Positions 10,469 to 24,944 of a stretch of DNA of 64,000 bases are shown here, piece after piece; positions within the stretch are counted from its first letter, which is position 1, and every line of letters starts with the position of its first letter. The stretch covers positions 92,068 through 156,067 of the forward strand of contig NMRA01000586.1 in assembly GCA_002633005.1 (NCBI GenBank). Direction: 5' to 3'. Origin of the DNA: Phoronis australis (Eukaryota; Animalia; Phoronida). The position numbers and the translations under genes were made by a program. The notes under the pieces are model-generated. The model saw nothing but the letters and a program-made list of their open reading frames with translations. It was not told where the DNA came from and did not search any database.

Positions 10469-11306
10469 ATACATGCCAATTTTCACAATCATCCTTTGAG
10501 CGGTTTGGTTGATAGAGGGGTTGACGCACAAAAACACACTCGAAAACACTAAAAATGGCCACTAGGTTGTGCAAACTATGTCGAATCCATCTGAAAACGG
10601 GAGAATAGCGTCATCTCACTAATAAGTGCCTACATACCAAATTTCATGAAAATCCGTTCAGGACTTTTGAAGATATAAACGTAAGCATAAAAAATTAAAT
10701 TGCCACTAGGGGGCACACCGGTAGTCGGATCCGTCCGAAAGTTCGCACATGCCGTCCCATTCATGAATGAAACATATGTGCCAAATTTCATGAACATATG
10801 TCAAAGGGTTTTGGAGATAGAGCAGCGGACGCCGGACGCCGGACGGACGCCGCCCGCACGGACGGACGGACGGAGATGACGGCATAATGCGTCCACATAT
10901 ATGCTAATTTTCAAAATCCTCCTTAGAGTGATTTGGTTGAGAGAGGGTCAGACGCTAAAAATAGAGTCAAAAACTGTACAAATGACCACTAGGTAGTGCA
11001 AAATACTTCGAATCCAGCCGAAAACGGGAGGATAGCGTCATCTCACTAATAGATGCCTTGAAAATTCGTTGGGAACCGTTGAAGATACAGATGTAAACAT
11101 AAAATTGCCACCAGGAGGCACACCAGCAGTCGGATCCGTCCGAACTTTCCGTCATCCGTCGTCAGCTTCATAGGAACACATCTGCCAAATCTCATCAAGA
11201 ACCTGTAAGGGATTTAGGAGATAGACCTACGTCGGACGACGAACGCCCGGACGTTCATACAGAGATGACGACAATATGCACCCACATATAAAATGTGGGA
11301 GCATAA
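10469..11306 (-). mobile_element. Two adjacent copies of the same HINE-like family, truncated by the N-gap
   Basis: Reverse complement aligns by eye with 12-420; terminal hairpin TATGCACCCACAT-ATAAA-ATGTGGGAGCATA at about 11275-11305; (GGAC)n microsatellite at about 10827-10873; a second head near 10880-10905. Confidence 0.75.
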
Positions 11307-11478
11307 CAAAATAGGGATTGTAAATCCTTCAATTTGAAACGTTCCCTGAAATTGTCCAGGTTTATTCTCAGCACTATTGAGAATATGATGTGGCGTTTAA
11401 TGTCCCTGTCAAAGTTAAAACTTAACCAAGCAATGAAGATAGAAGGACAGAAAAAGGTTCTGAAAGTTCCGGGTTATT

Positions 11479-11791
11479 CAGTGGCGGATCTAGGATACCA
11501 TAAGGGGGAGGGCCCAAGCTGTTGCCTCGGAGAATTGGGCAAAGCTCGATTGTATGCACAGGCGGCCCGAAAGTTGCGGGGTCTGGCGTTGTGGACCTGG
11601 TGTTGCCAAATTCTATCGGAGGACTAAAAAAGAGAAGAAAAACGGGAACACCACTCCGCTGCGCCCTGCCCCCATCCCCCCGCTGCCATTCCAAATTGTT
11701 GCACTCTTTTCTTCACGCTGTTGCTGCTCTTTATTTTTCCTTACACCAGCCAAGGGGGGCGCTGCCCCCCACCCCCCTAAATCCGCCTATG
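11479..11791. mobile_element. MITE with CAGTGGCGGAT...ATCCGCCTATG termini
   Basis: Imperfect terminal inverted repeats, G/C-rich subterminal runs, flanks TTATT/CTATT (degenerate 5-bp TSD). Confidence 0.7.
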
Positions 11792-13841
11792 CTATTGTTA
11801 CTGTTTCGTGCATCTGGGCACTGGTACTAGGCAAACTCCTGGTCATCTGTCAAATTTTAGCTGATCAGTGTCTGTAAACTTTAGCCTGCACGTTCTTTGT
11901 CACTATCTGGTATCTCTTTATCACATACCCACGCACACAAACACACTCCTTGTCTGCCTCTTGTTCCTATTCTTATTCTTTTTCTTCTTCTCTGTCGCCA
12001 TCTTATTTTTTACAAGTAATTGCTACATTATAGGTTACGCTGTTGTATGTATTGTGGGCATTATTTGGGGCACATTATTGTTCCACCTCGTCATAGCTGG
12101 CCACCAGGGCGCGCAATTAAATTCTTTTAACATTAAGGTAGCTGCTGCGGATACATCTCAGTTAGTAAAGGTTGTGTTTTTCCTAGAAGCCCCAGCCCTC
12201 GATTCCTTGCGAAAAAGACCCTGTTTTGCATCATTTGCATCGTACAACTGACAACTGATGTTAATGTATTCTTTAAATTGGTTAGGAAATTGATTATAGT
12301 TTCATTTTTTCAAGTTAAGTATTTTTGTCGGAGGATTTTGATGACTGTCCGTCAGTCCGTCCTTCCGTTCATACGTCATATAAAAAGAAAAAATTTAGAA
12401 TTTGTTCATATTTTGTTACAAAGTGTAGGTGGGCTTTTCTAACTTTTGGGGCATTGATATCATTGTCTAGGTCACAGTTAGAAAATCAAATGTTTACTAA
12501 AAAATACCGTTGGTGCGTTAATTGAAAACGTTAGATTTATTCACATGTTGTTCACACGTTGCGCCAAGATCTAAACGAGGCATCTGGTGTAGCATATCTA
12601 AAATCAAGTTGTTTTTTTTTTGGTGTGTGCAATTAGGTTCCTCTAAGTTTTCAGTTGTTGAACTGTTGCATTACACGATTCTGAATATCAGCAGACGTCG
12701 ATATTCGGAGGCGTCTGTACAGTCGGACAGTGCCGGGGTATTAATAAGCAATCCAAGAGACACTTCAGCGCTCGTGACGGATGCTCTTTTGTTAAACGGC
12801 TTATTTTAGAACAGTCGTAACAAAACAGTCTTGTTGGCATGACACAAGCTGCGGCTCGATTAGTTACATGTTTGTAATAGATCGGGGCACCAGTTGTAGA
12901 ATCTCTGAAACGTTAAACAACGCACAACAAACCCGTTACCATAAAGACGGAAACCTTGGCGGTGTCGTTAAAACACTTAAAGACCACCGCAAACTTCTTA
13001 GCAAAGAATTCTTATCACGCTCACTTTAAAACCCACGCAACACAGACAATCAGTGTCACCTTGACACTTGAAACATGCGTATTTTGAACAGCAAACTGTT
13101 GACGTCGTATTTTAGTTCCTCTGTCAGTAATTAATTGCAACGTATTTTACCCTCGTGTCGCTTTCGTGCAAAATCCTGCGGTGTTCAGTAAGCAGGGCTA
13201 TGTATGGGTGTAGTTGAACTTCAGCGCTTATGGTTCTTTGTGCGTGGAAAGCTTTTGTTGTGCTAGATACTGCCTGTAGTAAAGGTTTTGCTCTGTGTTC
13301 CATGAACCATTAAGGAACTTATGGCACTGCCCGAATGGTTAAAGAAAGTTAGAAAGATGTTTTTGATTTTATTTCAGAGTTTCGAAAAAATTCACTTGAT
13401 AAGGACAATTTCCGTTTTACATTACAAAAAATGCAAAATAGCCTTTTTGCAAACATATGGTCACATGTTAACTACAAATTGAAAACCGCAATCTGGAACA
13501 ACTGACATTAGGCCTACTTCTATGCGTTATTTTGGCGTAAGCTTTCACAATGGCATATGCAACTTCGTTACGGTTTAGTGTACATAGCCAATTAGTTCAA
13601 GTTCTTTATCTCATTGTACGAGGGAACAATTTTTCTCACAGGAAGTTGCTCACGCACGAAATTGCTCACGGCAGGAAGTAGCTCTCTAACAGTATGCTAC
13701 GTGTACAGTGTAATCACGCAGGTCATCTTCTAAAGGTAAAGTAATGTGAGTGAACCAAATACAATTATTTATTTGAGAAATGATACAACACGAGTAAGTA
13801 GCCGTCGTGTACATGTAGGATTATTTATTGAACACATCCAG

Positions 13842-14063
13842 CATGCGCGCACCCAGCCTAAAATATAGGGGGCTCGAATTCTTGACAATGTGAACCTTTT
13901 ACTAACAAAAAACGGGAGTCTAAAAAAACGGGGTACGTTGTTCAAAGTGGAATTTTGTCTCCTTTTTTCGGACTTTTTGTTTCTCTGAGGCGGACCTTTT
14001 TGCCCGCTTCGCCAGCTGGGGGGCTCATTCGAGCCCCCCTGAGCCCCCCCGGGTGTGCGCATG
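13842..14063 (+). mobile_element. MITE family A (CATGCGCGCACCC...GGGTGTGCGCATG)
   Basis: 13-bp TIR with one mismatch; homologous to 18245-18500 and 62628-62870; flanks TCCAG/TGCAG. Confidence 0.8.
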
Positions 14064-17000
14064 TGCAGTACCCAAAGGCGTCGGGACAACGGCAAGAACT
14101 GGCGATCACAAAAACACATCGAATTTTTTAGTTTATAGCTCTGGTTTTAGTGCACAACTTCAAGAAATTTATTCCATTCGGCAATGATACTGAAATGACT
14201 TTTTCGGAGTGAAAACCGATAATGTAGTTTTTAAATCTTAAAGTCTTAGTAAGTCCGCCGGGCGCGTGAAGCACACAATCTGCCCATATCGTCGAACTAC
14301 ACTAAGTTTAGGACATAATTACGAAAAGTAGTTCTCAAAATGATCTTGAAAACGGTAAAAGTTGAAGCAGTGAGGTCAGTCGTGTTGCATGGTGTGAATG
14401 AGAACCTCGTGGACCTGGAAGCACGGAAAAATGTTTTAGTGAACAGTGTGCAGCGTTAGAAATACACGCTGGCCTGGGGCCAGTGGATTTGCAGCTGGGC
14501 CAGTAAACTTTCACATTTAGGCTCATGCATGTGGATGTGTCAGTCTAATATTCAAGTAACCGGCCCGCCGGGCCAGTACATTTATTTGCTGAGGCTATTG
14601 CCCGCGCCGGGTGTGCCCTCTGGTGCTCGTCATCTCCGTTCTCAACATGGCTAGACAGCTCGGGTGTTTAGATTAAGAGTTAGGTTGGTTTAACCTGTTC
14701 CATAGTAGGTTCCCAATTGGTTTTGATCAAGTCATCGGTATCGTACCGAAAACTGCCGTGTCAGGGACCTTGGTCTGGGAGTTTTCTGGATAGTTTTGAA
14801 CTATATACACTGCTATGATTCCGATATTCTTCCGCGTGAATACGAAACGATAGATGGCGTTACATGTACATGTAACTGCCCATACTGCTTATATCACTCC
14901 GCAAACTATATAATTGCTTTTCGCCTCACAGTTATAACATTTCCATGAAGATAAAGTGCAACTTGTGGGTCCAAATCTCCTCGCCTTTGATAATTGTACG
15001 ACGTTTTTGCGAGTCAGTTGGATCTCAGATCTCTTCGGAGGCTCCACGTTCGCATCATACGTAGATAAATATGGCAAACACGTCAGCGAAGCCCATTTTT
15101 GCTGTAAAACAATGGCGTAGAATAAAGCGGACTAAATATGAATATTTAATGTAGGTTTTGCAAAATTAAGCTTGCATATACTGGCTTGAATATGACTTTT
15201 AATGATTTTTCAAAATTTCAATCCGAGTTTTGAGCTTTTTCACACAGTGCTAAATTAATCTAAAATTTTACTATTCACATTCGTTATGTCGTCACCAAGT
15301 TCGTTGTATCACGTCATAAGAGTATATTTTTGGTGTTTTCAATTACATCGTGTGTAAAAATAAGTACAGAATGTTATATCCATTGTGTTTTCGAAAAACA
15401 TCGCAGGCACGTTCACTGAAAGACCGTGACTGCACCTTAAACTCTTGAAACGATGAAGAAAGAACAATAATGTTTCACCCATCAGAATGGCTCAAAAACA
15501 GCAAACTTAAATTGCAAATAACAAAAAGGAAACGGTACACTGTCTTCCTGTCGTTTCGATGGTTGATCCTTTCTAAACCATTTCCACCAACAATTGATCA
15601 CGCTTTTACGATAATCCCCACACCTCGGATTCAACTCTGTTTTTGACGATACAGAAAAATGCAATGAATATATTTTGGAAGGTACATTCAGGATACCTCA
15701 TACTCTTGGAGACTCGGGTCGGGCAAGTGGGGAACGATTTACCACCTCTACTTTTCCTAGGACCCAGATGTAATGTTTTCTTGTGCGTTCTAGGTTAACT
15801 CTTATTATTGTACATTGCATTTTCGCAATAGACATTATTTTTATCTCAGTGCATTGCAACTGAAAATAACAAAACCTAAGCTTTATTGGCATCAGAATAA
15901 CAAATGCCAATCTAATGCAGTGCAGAAGAGTGATTAGGGCGGCAGCAGTGTACTGTGAGGCAAAAGACCTGTACAAACGTATAACATAGGTGAATACCAC
16001 AAAATCATAGAGGGCGCTTTTTGATATTTTGAGAAGTGGCTAGTGTGTGTTCGCCTTCGCTACGGAACAATACAGAAGAGCGTTCCATATACCTAGTTCT
16101 TTCGAGAATAGCAAAAATCTTGCAACACAGCGCAAAATCAGGAGATCCAACAGCCAGTGTTTAGCCGGTATACTGATTGGCTTATCTTAACAACCACTGA
16201 AGCGCGTGTCGGCGACGTTCGAGTGTTGAATTGCCCTATGAATTATTGTTTCTGTTCCGTCCATAAGGGAAGATTTTCCGCCTCACATTTGAAGCTTGTG
16301 TCTTGCAGTCTACGGAACTCAGCCCGGTTCATTCTATGTTTATGTATGCCAAAAAAGTATATTTTCTTTGGCCATAGTACAATGTAGTTCAATGTTCACG
16401 TTTTCAATATTCATAACTTGCAAAATACAGCGAAGTGAATAAGAAATGCGGAAGGTGGCACAAGTTAATTTAGTAATGCCTGCATTCAGGGATCCGGTCC
16501 GTAACGCGACATAGCGGCGAGGAATTACAAATGTAAGTCATAAGAATATGCACACATTTTACGAGTACTTAAAATGTCTTGTTACTCGCAAGATAGGATT
16601 TCCTCCCAAAAACATTTTGTACAACTACACGGGGAACAACTTCCGGTGATTCTTGGTTTCGAAGCAATTCAGATAGTCACGTGGGGCCCTCGGGTTACTC
16701 AGGGATGAAAAAGAGACATTCTTTATGTAAATACCGTCCAATAAACATCGAGTGGTTCTATCTGGCGTTGACAACGTTTTTATACTATAATGCGCGCAGC
16801 CAACTCACATTTCTGAGTCATATTACACTTAGATGTCCCGTCACAATACAGGAATGCAGGCCAATAGCCAGCACTGGTGTCCCATTTACATGGCCCTGTT
16901 CCGGCATCCACGATGACTGTCCAACCTGCCGATTAAACAATTCTTATCAAGGAATTTACAGTTTGAATTGAATGTACATGTAGGCCAGATTGAACTAAAT

Positions 17001-18244
17001 GTCACATGTTTTGTTTTTGACAACACTCAAATCTCTGCTAAAAGGGTAGGTTTTAGGCCGGCTACACGACAAACTAGGCATATCCCATACACCAAAAATC
17101 TAAAAATTCATTCTTCTGTCACAGTTAGTACGAGTGTTAATCCTTGCCTTGATCACTTAAATGAGGCGCCAATGGGGATTGAACGAGGATTGGTTGAAAT
17201 TAGCAATATAGGCTATAGTAACCTTTCTGTCAAAAGACAAGTTTTGAACTAAGCCACTTACCGTTACAAAAGTTTGTCTTATCTTATTTCTCGTTCAGTG
17301 AAGTGATATAGGGAGTTCGGCTGAAGATATAATTGCCACTTTTTTCGAAGTTCTGAAATCATCTCCAATATGACAAAAAAAGAGTTTGTGACCAATTTCA
17401 TAACGGGAAGCGGTCAAAATGGAAACAAAATGTTTTTTGATGGAAGACGGACTTATAACCGTTTTATGTGACGCTTACATGTATGTTACCAAAAATACCT
17501 TATTTTAAATCTTACCTAAAACGTTGTCGCAGCCTTGATACCATTTGTTTATGTAAAATCGTCGGAATATGGCTTTGCGGTTATCCCTAGGGGGTAAAGC
17601 ATACTCTAAAAACAAATGTCGCGTGGTGAAAAGTTGAAAGGATTCCAAACAGAGACGAGGCGCAGTTAACATTAGCATGTTATCGCTATTACTTATGCCT
17701 GCCGCAGACGGTAGAGTCTGAGCGTAAAGAGTACGTTCAAAACATAGACTGACATCCAGGCAAGATGGTCACACTTAAGGCATCTTTGGCTTTTGTCTCC
17801 TCTGTGGAGGAAAATTGTCAAGCTAAGAACCTGTTAGACGTCGCATTCTGTTTGTTGTCCAAAGGTGTCGCATCGAGCCTCCTCTTAGATGCCTGGTTTA
17901 CTGAAGCAGTTCAGTTTGAAACAACGTCAAAGTAAAAATCATGGTTGCTTTGAGGGAGTGACCAAGAGCCTGGGGTTAAACAGCGCACGTTAACACAACC
18001 TCACCGTAATAGACCCCCCAGCCGCCTCTATGGTGCGCCGCCCATGGTTCAGGCACCTGTTCAGTTAAGCTGTCGGTGAGTCACGTTTGTTTATCGAGCC
18101 GTATCACTAAAATAGGGGTTAATTTCATGGGTGCAATGGCCGAAAAAGTTTTGACAATGATTTCTTATGGAAATTTTTCTTTGCAAAAATTTTTCTGGCA
18201 TAGATTTCTTCTACACGCATGTGTCACCAGCTTCAAATATGATG

Positions 18245-18500
18245 CATGCGCGCAACCACCCTAAAATTGGGAGGCTCGAATTTTTGAGAATGTGGACCTT
18301 TTACTAAGATTCCCTGGGTACGTTCAGGGCAATAAATTGTGTATTCGCCAACCTTTGGTAGATTCTGCCTTTTTAGTGGACTTTTCTCTCGTTTTAAGCC
18401 GTTTTTGGAGGTTTCTTTTTCTCTGAGGCGGACGTTTTTGTCCATTTCGCCAAATGGCTGCTTTCGTTCGAGCCCCCTTCCCCCCTTGGGAGCGCGCGTG
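18245..18500 (+). mobile_element. MITE family A
   Basis: Shared internals (GGCTCGAATT, GGACCTTTTACTAA, CTCTGAGGCGGAC); perfect 5-bp TSD TGATG. Confidence 0.8.
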
Positions 18501-21500
18501 TGATGTCTGAACTGAAAATAAATGAAAACTTGCCTCGCTAGATAAAAGGATACCAAACCCGGTTTTGGCCTATTAAGAGCTATTGAAAACGACTTTCCCA
18601 TCTAGTTCTCTGAAACAAATTAATGCTGTGTAACTAAGCACAACAATACAATCCGGCTCTCTGATTGGTCAATTCAATAGAAAAGCGCCACCAAGTGGCA
18701 GGAATGTGCATAATATTTTGTGCAACAAAAACACCTTTTTTAAAAAAATGTGCAAGTGTAGACGTGGGAACTTTTTGGAATTTGATTTATAGGTATATTA
18801 TCTAGCCACATAGAAAAAACTAGGTTGCCCCCCCAAAGTACTCACAAGGATGAACGCTATGAGATCTGGCCCACCGACTAACCCTCTACAACCCTTAAGA
18901 AGTTGGAACACAATTGGAAAACTCCTTACGAAGTTTGCTAAACAGACAAGCGCAAGATAAAAAAGAACTATAGGGCAAGGCTACCGACTAAGAACCATCA
19001 TATCCAATTTGCGACTCGGAGACAATAAATTTTTACTTGAATCGTGCTTTTATAACTCAATTGGACTTCAGTGATGCTACATGTAGGTGACAGAACGAGG
19101 ATTGGTTGAAATCACCAGAACAGGTTTTAGTATCCTTTTGACGCTACAACGCCGTCACACCAAAGTAGTTGTAAAATACATGTGTGCAGAATTGATCACT
19201 TTTCTTGAGTCAGGTCATCCATTTAAATACTGGGTTCACATGAGTGGCGAAAATGGTACCAATTTCAGGGCAAGCTGTGTGCGAAGTAGTCATTGTCGCC
19301 GGCAGTTAGTTTGTTACCTCAACACCCGAATCGCTGATTGATTTCAAATCACGCTCCCTCTCTGCCTACGCGACGATAAAACAAAGCTCTCTAAGCCCTG
19401 CGTGTCCTTAGAAGTAAGAGTCTGGCTATAAAACTGCTGAGTAGATGCCAACAGTTTTGGGATTACTGAAGCCTCCGATAAAGCCCAGCAAAACTGGACC
19501 TTGCGACCGTTCACATTACTGGCGTTTTTTGATGCTAACGAAAGAGCTCACGAAAACGCTAGCTTTTCAGCCAGCATGTGAACAGGGCGGTTGTTAATTT
19601 TTCTACAGAGTGCTTGTTTTAATCAACAGGAGAAGTTCTAATCTCCAGTTTACACTAAATGAATTATACAGTCTTAGTAAAGTGCAGTGAATGTCATTTT
19701 ATGCAATGCCGCTAATATACACATGTTTTATCGCTGGTAAAACTGAGCTACTGATCAATTCGTCAAGGGTACCATTCAATAGCGGTGTATGTTAAGTGCT
19801 TCGTGGACAATAGTGTTTCACCCCACTAAGGCTCCTTGCCATGGTCAGTGTTCCCCGCCCTGGCCGGCGTAAGTGTTGGATAACTACTCGTGCCCTTACC
19901 CATAGACGCTGAAAATTTCCCCGTGAGTAAGTGGTCTGTTGGTCAAGCGTGTGGTCATCAAGTCAGGCCACGAGGAGTTGGTGAGTCTGGTCCATGTGAA
20001 CCAGTTCATCTTAGTGCTTCCGCGACCGTCAAAATGAAGGACTTTCTTGGGAACCACATTGTCTTGTTCGTACAAAGCGACGGCAACCTGGAATCATCAA
20101 ACGCAAATTACTATTCTACTACTCTTATGAAAGTTCTGAGAAATTAATGTTCACAGGCATCTAGCCCACGCACTCAACAAGCAACGTGTGTGCACATTTC
20201 TGCATAATAACATTGCGTATGGGCAGGCTGCAGAAGGGCCATTTCAGAGTACTTATGTATACCAACGCAATCATAATGCTGCGCTGGATCCGTTTTACTC
20301 ATGAGTTCGCTGGTCAATACAGCTTGTTACTGTGTTACGTCACACAGTGACGTCATGGCAATTGGTTCAAGAGTAAGCTCATCATGATTTCGGAATCTTA
20401 CTCGTGTTTTCTATTTTAGCAAAATGGCCGACTCTGAACTGATCGGTCAGGGGTTTGGAACGTTGAGGGATGAGAGGAGAATCACGTTGTCCATTTATCA
20501 AGCGAAGATTTCTCCTAAAAAATGTCTCACGAATCTCTTGCAGCTTTTTAGCATGACGTCATGATAACAACAACATCACACATGTACCTGAAGAATAATT
20601 AAGTTTGACTTAGTTTTTTCAAACTCACGGTGAAAGCATATATTCGGACCGTGCGTGTTGGTGCACACCCAGAAATTCATATTTTCTCCGTTTACAAAAT
20701 GACGTCAGGTTTAAAGAGCCCTGGAACGAGATAAACAGACTAATGGCAGTGCTAAAAGTGGTGCTGCCACCGAAACAGGATTCAACCAGCTCACCAAGTA
20801 TTTTTATGTTTTTTTATTAAATGTTTTTAATTTCTGTTGATATCAAAATATTTTCTTTTAGTTTCAAATTTCAAAAAACTACCTATCAACCGGTCGCCGC
20901 TTCGTCGATTTTTCTCCCACAAGGCAAAGCACGTCTCCTTATTTGGTATGGAAAGACATAGACGTATCACTTTTCCCTTATATGGAAATGTGACCTTTGA
21001 CCTCAAGTGACTTCAAGAAATTGCCGGTGAGCGCATGTGTGCATTTCTCATAAGTGGGAGGGAGATTAGAAATTCTATGGTAACCACAATTTTTCCTTTA
21101 GCAAATCATGGATTTTGTGATTTTTTCTGGAAATTTCTTCACAGGGGAAAGTGGATTACTCTGCACAAGACGTTGCAAGATGATACTTTCGTCCGTCAGG
21201 AGTTGTTTAAAAGGTATTTTGACGAGATTTAGCTATCCATGCCTCTTTAGAACACCACTTCGTAACAGGGGTAAATATCAGGGTGCAACAGTACAAAAAT
21301 GATGGAACTCCATTCTATGGGTGCCTGGGACAGTCTCAGCCATAAATCCTATCGGAGCAGTTTGTGACTACACAATTTTTTTGAAGTGTCGCGCTGGTTC
21401 ACAATACTTACAAGAGATACTAAGCAAAAGACACTACTCATATATATCCATTTGAACTATATCTTTCCAACTCACTAAAAGATTTTCCTCGCCAAAATCT

Positions 21501-23745
21501 CTCGACTCCCGGCCATTCCCTTGAAGTCCTTTGGACATCAGGAGAACAGTGAAACAATCCTTAAGTATGTGTTTTAGCTGGTTCCTGGTGTGCATCGCTT
21601 TAAAAATTTGACACCGTTTAACAAATTCCTCATGAAAGACGGTTTTCGTGACTGTTTGAAACAGGAAATCAACATTTCCGCCATTCAAAAATTGAAAAAT
21701 TCACCAGCACATAATCCTCTATCAACGTATATGTACTTACCTTCTTTATGTTTAGACTCGCCCACCTCTCCACAAACCGGCTTTTGAAGTGACAGCCACA
21801 GTGACTGTTCAATGCAGTCTCGAGGGGAGTAGGATTGGACGTGAAGCGGCTTGACGTCCATAAGTCGACCACTGATTGGTTGTTTCCACGACTAGCTTTA
21901 AAAGCAAGATTCCATCCAGGATAGGGATAGGTGTCTTCACTGCAGAAAGAATGGATCACGCACATAATTAACATAGCGTCGTAATGAAAACTACAGTTAC
22001 GTACCTTGCGTCAAACGTCTACGGGGCAGGGATACACGTCAACTACTTTTTATTTAGTTACGCCATCTTCCGGATGGTTTGCAGCAACCAACACTGTCAC
22101 CAATTAGGGCCCGTTTATCCAACATCGTGTGCCTGTCCAAAGCTAATCAGTCTTAGACATTGCGCCTCAGTCTGAGTCAGCAAAATGCTGCATCGACTTG
22201 TGACTGTTGTCACATTCACATTCAACGACCACTCGTCATAAGCGTTAAGGAACTGGCTCAAGACCGAGTGTATGCCAAAAACGGACACTCGCGTGTATTA
22301 AACGACCCATGCGCAAAGCTCGTATACCTAACCTATTGACATTAGAAACTCAGTCCATTTCATATCCGCTTCACGGTAGCTTGTATTTCGACATTTCAGT
22401 GTACAATTCCCGCTGTTGTTAAGAGGCCTAAATAGGTATAATACCGTGAACTAAAACTGGTAATTTTTCGAATTGCTTAGTTCCTGAAATTGAATCCATT
22501 TTAAAGAGTTAAGACCATTTTTACACAAAGAAATACGACAAAAATTAGACAAAGTAGATGCGTTTGGTTTCGATTCTCTGTTACTCGTTCATGAACCGTG
22601 GTAGACAACTACATGTAACCTGCAAGTCGGGCAGATTTAACAGTGAACTACATTGATATCTGGACAGGGCTGGATTGAAAAATGCTGTCGTCTGGAGTTG
22701 ATAACCTGCGGGAGGTTTGTAATTTCATGTTTTTGTCAACAGATATTCCCTGCTCAACTGCTAAAATTCTAAAAGTCTTTTACCATAGTAGCTCCACCCA
22801 TTATTTGCACCAGATTCTAATATGACAAATAATTCAAATCTAGGATAAATTGAGCAAAACTCACCCTTTAGCAACACATGCTCCGAGTGCATTAGCTAAA
22901 ATCAAGTAAGCCGCACTATGAAAGACTGTCATGGCTGTCCGTTGGTTCGTGGTAGCAGAAGTGAACAACTTGTACGTATATATTAATGAAGGTGGCTGTT
23001 TTATATACGACGTACTTGGCCACGCCTACAGTGTGACAAACGCCCCCCCATTGGACAGACTAAAGGTTGACATCCAAATACTCGGTAATTTTGGTATATG
23101 AGGAACTGTATTCTAAAAACAAATTGCAGTGAGAGTTATCTGTTGTTAGGTTACGATCTGTTAGTCTTAAAATACAGTAGGGAAAATCACCAGGTCACGT
23201 AAATCGCAAAACAGTACCGGCTAAACGACCAATTTCTCGAAGTTTTATTGCGCTTTGCATCCAAAAAACCTCGTCGGGCGCACTTTCGATAAAAGGTGGT
23301 GAAAGTGTATTCTTTCAATTCGGAAACCTGTAGCCAATATTCACTTTGCAGGAAATTTGAGTACTCGAAGAGAAGTATGGCCACGATTTTTTAGATATGC
23401 GACCAACTCCTGCCTTCTGGGTATTTTTCAGCACGCATTTACATGTGGGCATTGATGCCGTTTTTACCGACATTTTCTATGCAAGCCTTGTGTTCAAAAG
23501 TGCTTCCGTTCAGAACCTTTTTCGGAAACAATCTAAAAAGTTAGGGTACCTATTTGGTGGAGATTTTGCAAAACACCAAACAAAATACATGCGTGTAAAA
23601 AGCACACGAGCATCAATTAAATCTGTAATAACATGATTTTCTAGTAGTGGTTATCAATGGACTAATGAGATACCATGGCAACACACTTATAAGTACCAAG
23701 CACAGTGTAACAGTCGTAAAGGGAGCACAAATAGAGGACTGACAT

Positions 23746-23905
23746 CATAGGCCGGAGCAGGAAGGTCAAAGGTGTCATGATTAGTCTTTTTTCCTTGATT
23801 TTAGTGATATCGAATCTACAATTTTCAAAATGTTTACTTGGTCCTCCCTTTTTAAAAAGATCCTTGACCAAACCGACCCCTTTAAAAAAACTAGATCCGC
23901 CCTTA
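23746..23905 (+). mobile_element. MITE family B
   Basis: CATAGGC...GATCCGCCCTTA termini, perfect 5-bp TSD GACAT; internal sequence shared with 44837-44958. Confidence 0.75.
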
Positions 23906-24944
23906 GACATTCAAGTATTCCTAAGGAACTGGATGTCCTACAATCGGTCTTCAATGTGACACTTCTCCTCAAAAGTGGCTTCAGTATTTTGAGATGACAT
24001 GCTAGTACTATTTTGGGTGTAGTGTACATTGTGCGAAACAGGACGTTATATTTTAGAAATGTGATTTAGTAGTCAATAAATAGGTTATTTCCAGCTTGGC
24101 TTGGCTATATTTTGCAAATGTTACCATTGTTACGAAATAGCTGAAACTGCACTAAAAGGGTCTAGAATATGTACCCGGTGGTTAAAAATGAATATAAATG
24201 TACTGTACACGAGCGCATTCAAGCTCCTGTGCCCAGGCCATATTCCTGAAGATGCGTCACCTTTTGGACGTAGGTGCTAACGTCTTCGTGCCAGTCATCA
24301 TTATGTGACTAAAATAAAGGAACATGTTTGGAAATGTGAACTCATATTGGATCAGCTGTTACGTCACATATGGACAGATTACTGGATTTCATTGAAAAAA
24401 ATTATGCTTGTATAAAAGAATAGACACAGACCAAACGTGTTCATGTAAAAGAGTAACCGCTTGAACCTAGAAGTGAGCCTTAGGCGCATACGCCTATGTG
24501 TAAAACATTTCAGCAAAAGTTATGTTATGTAAAAGGGCAAACTTTCGACAATAAATTATAGGTGTTAATGTGCACCCAAGAAGCATAGCTCCTCAACAGC
24601 AAACACGGCTCTGGCACCTGCAAACGAGGCTACACACTTTTTGAGTAATGTACGCGATTCGTAGAGTACCTGAGTTGTGTTGTTCGGGAAACCTATCTTG
24701 ATCCCCATCCGCCTGTGCACGGAGTAACGCGTTTTTCTTTTGTCAAGGATGTATATCGGCGCAAGAGTCCACGCCTCACTTTAGGGCACAGGCACCTATC
24801 CGCAAGTGCTTTCAATCGGCAAATTGACTGATTTCTCTATGCCCTTTGAACTTTGCATTTAAACTATCAATGTAAAAATGAGAGAACTAGTCACACTCAC
24901 ATGCCATTTCAATAAGATGCTCTTTGCTCGATCGTATCTCAGAT

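Noticed and set aside
9467-10574. Long ORFs of 288-360 aa in the ORF track
   Set aside because: They span the second N-gap; artefacts.
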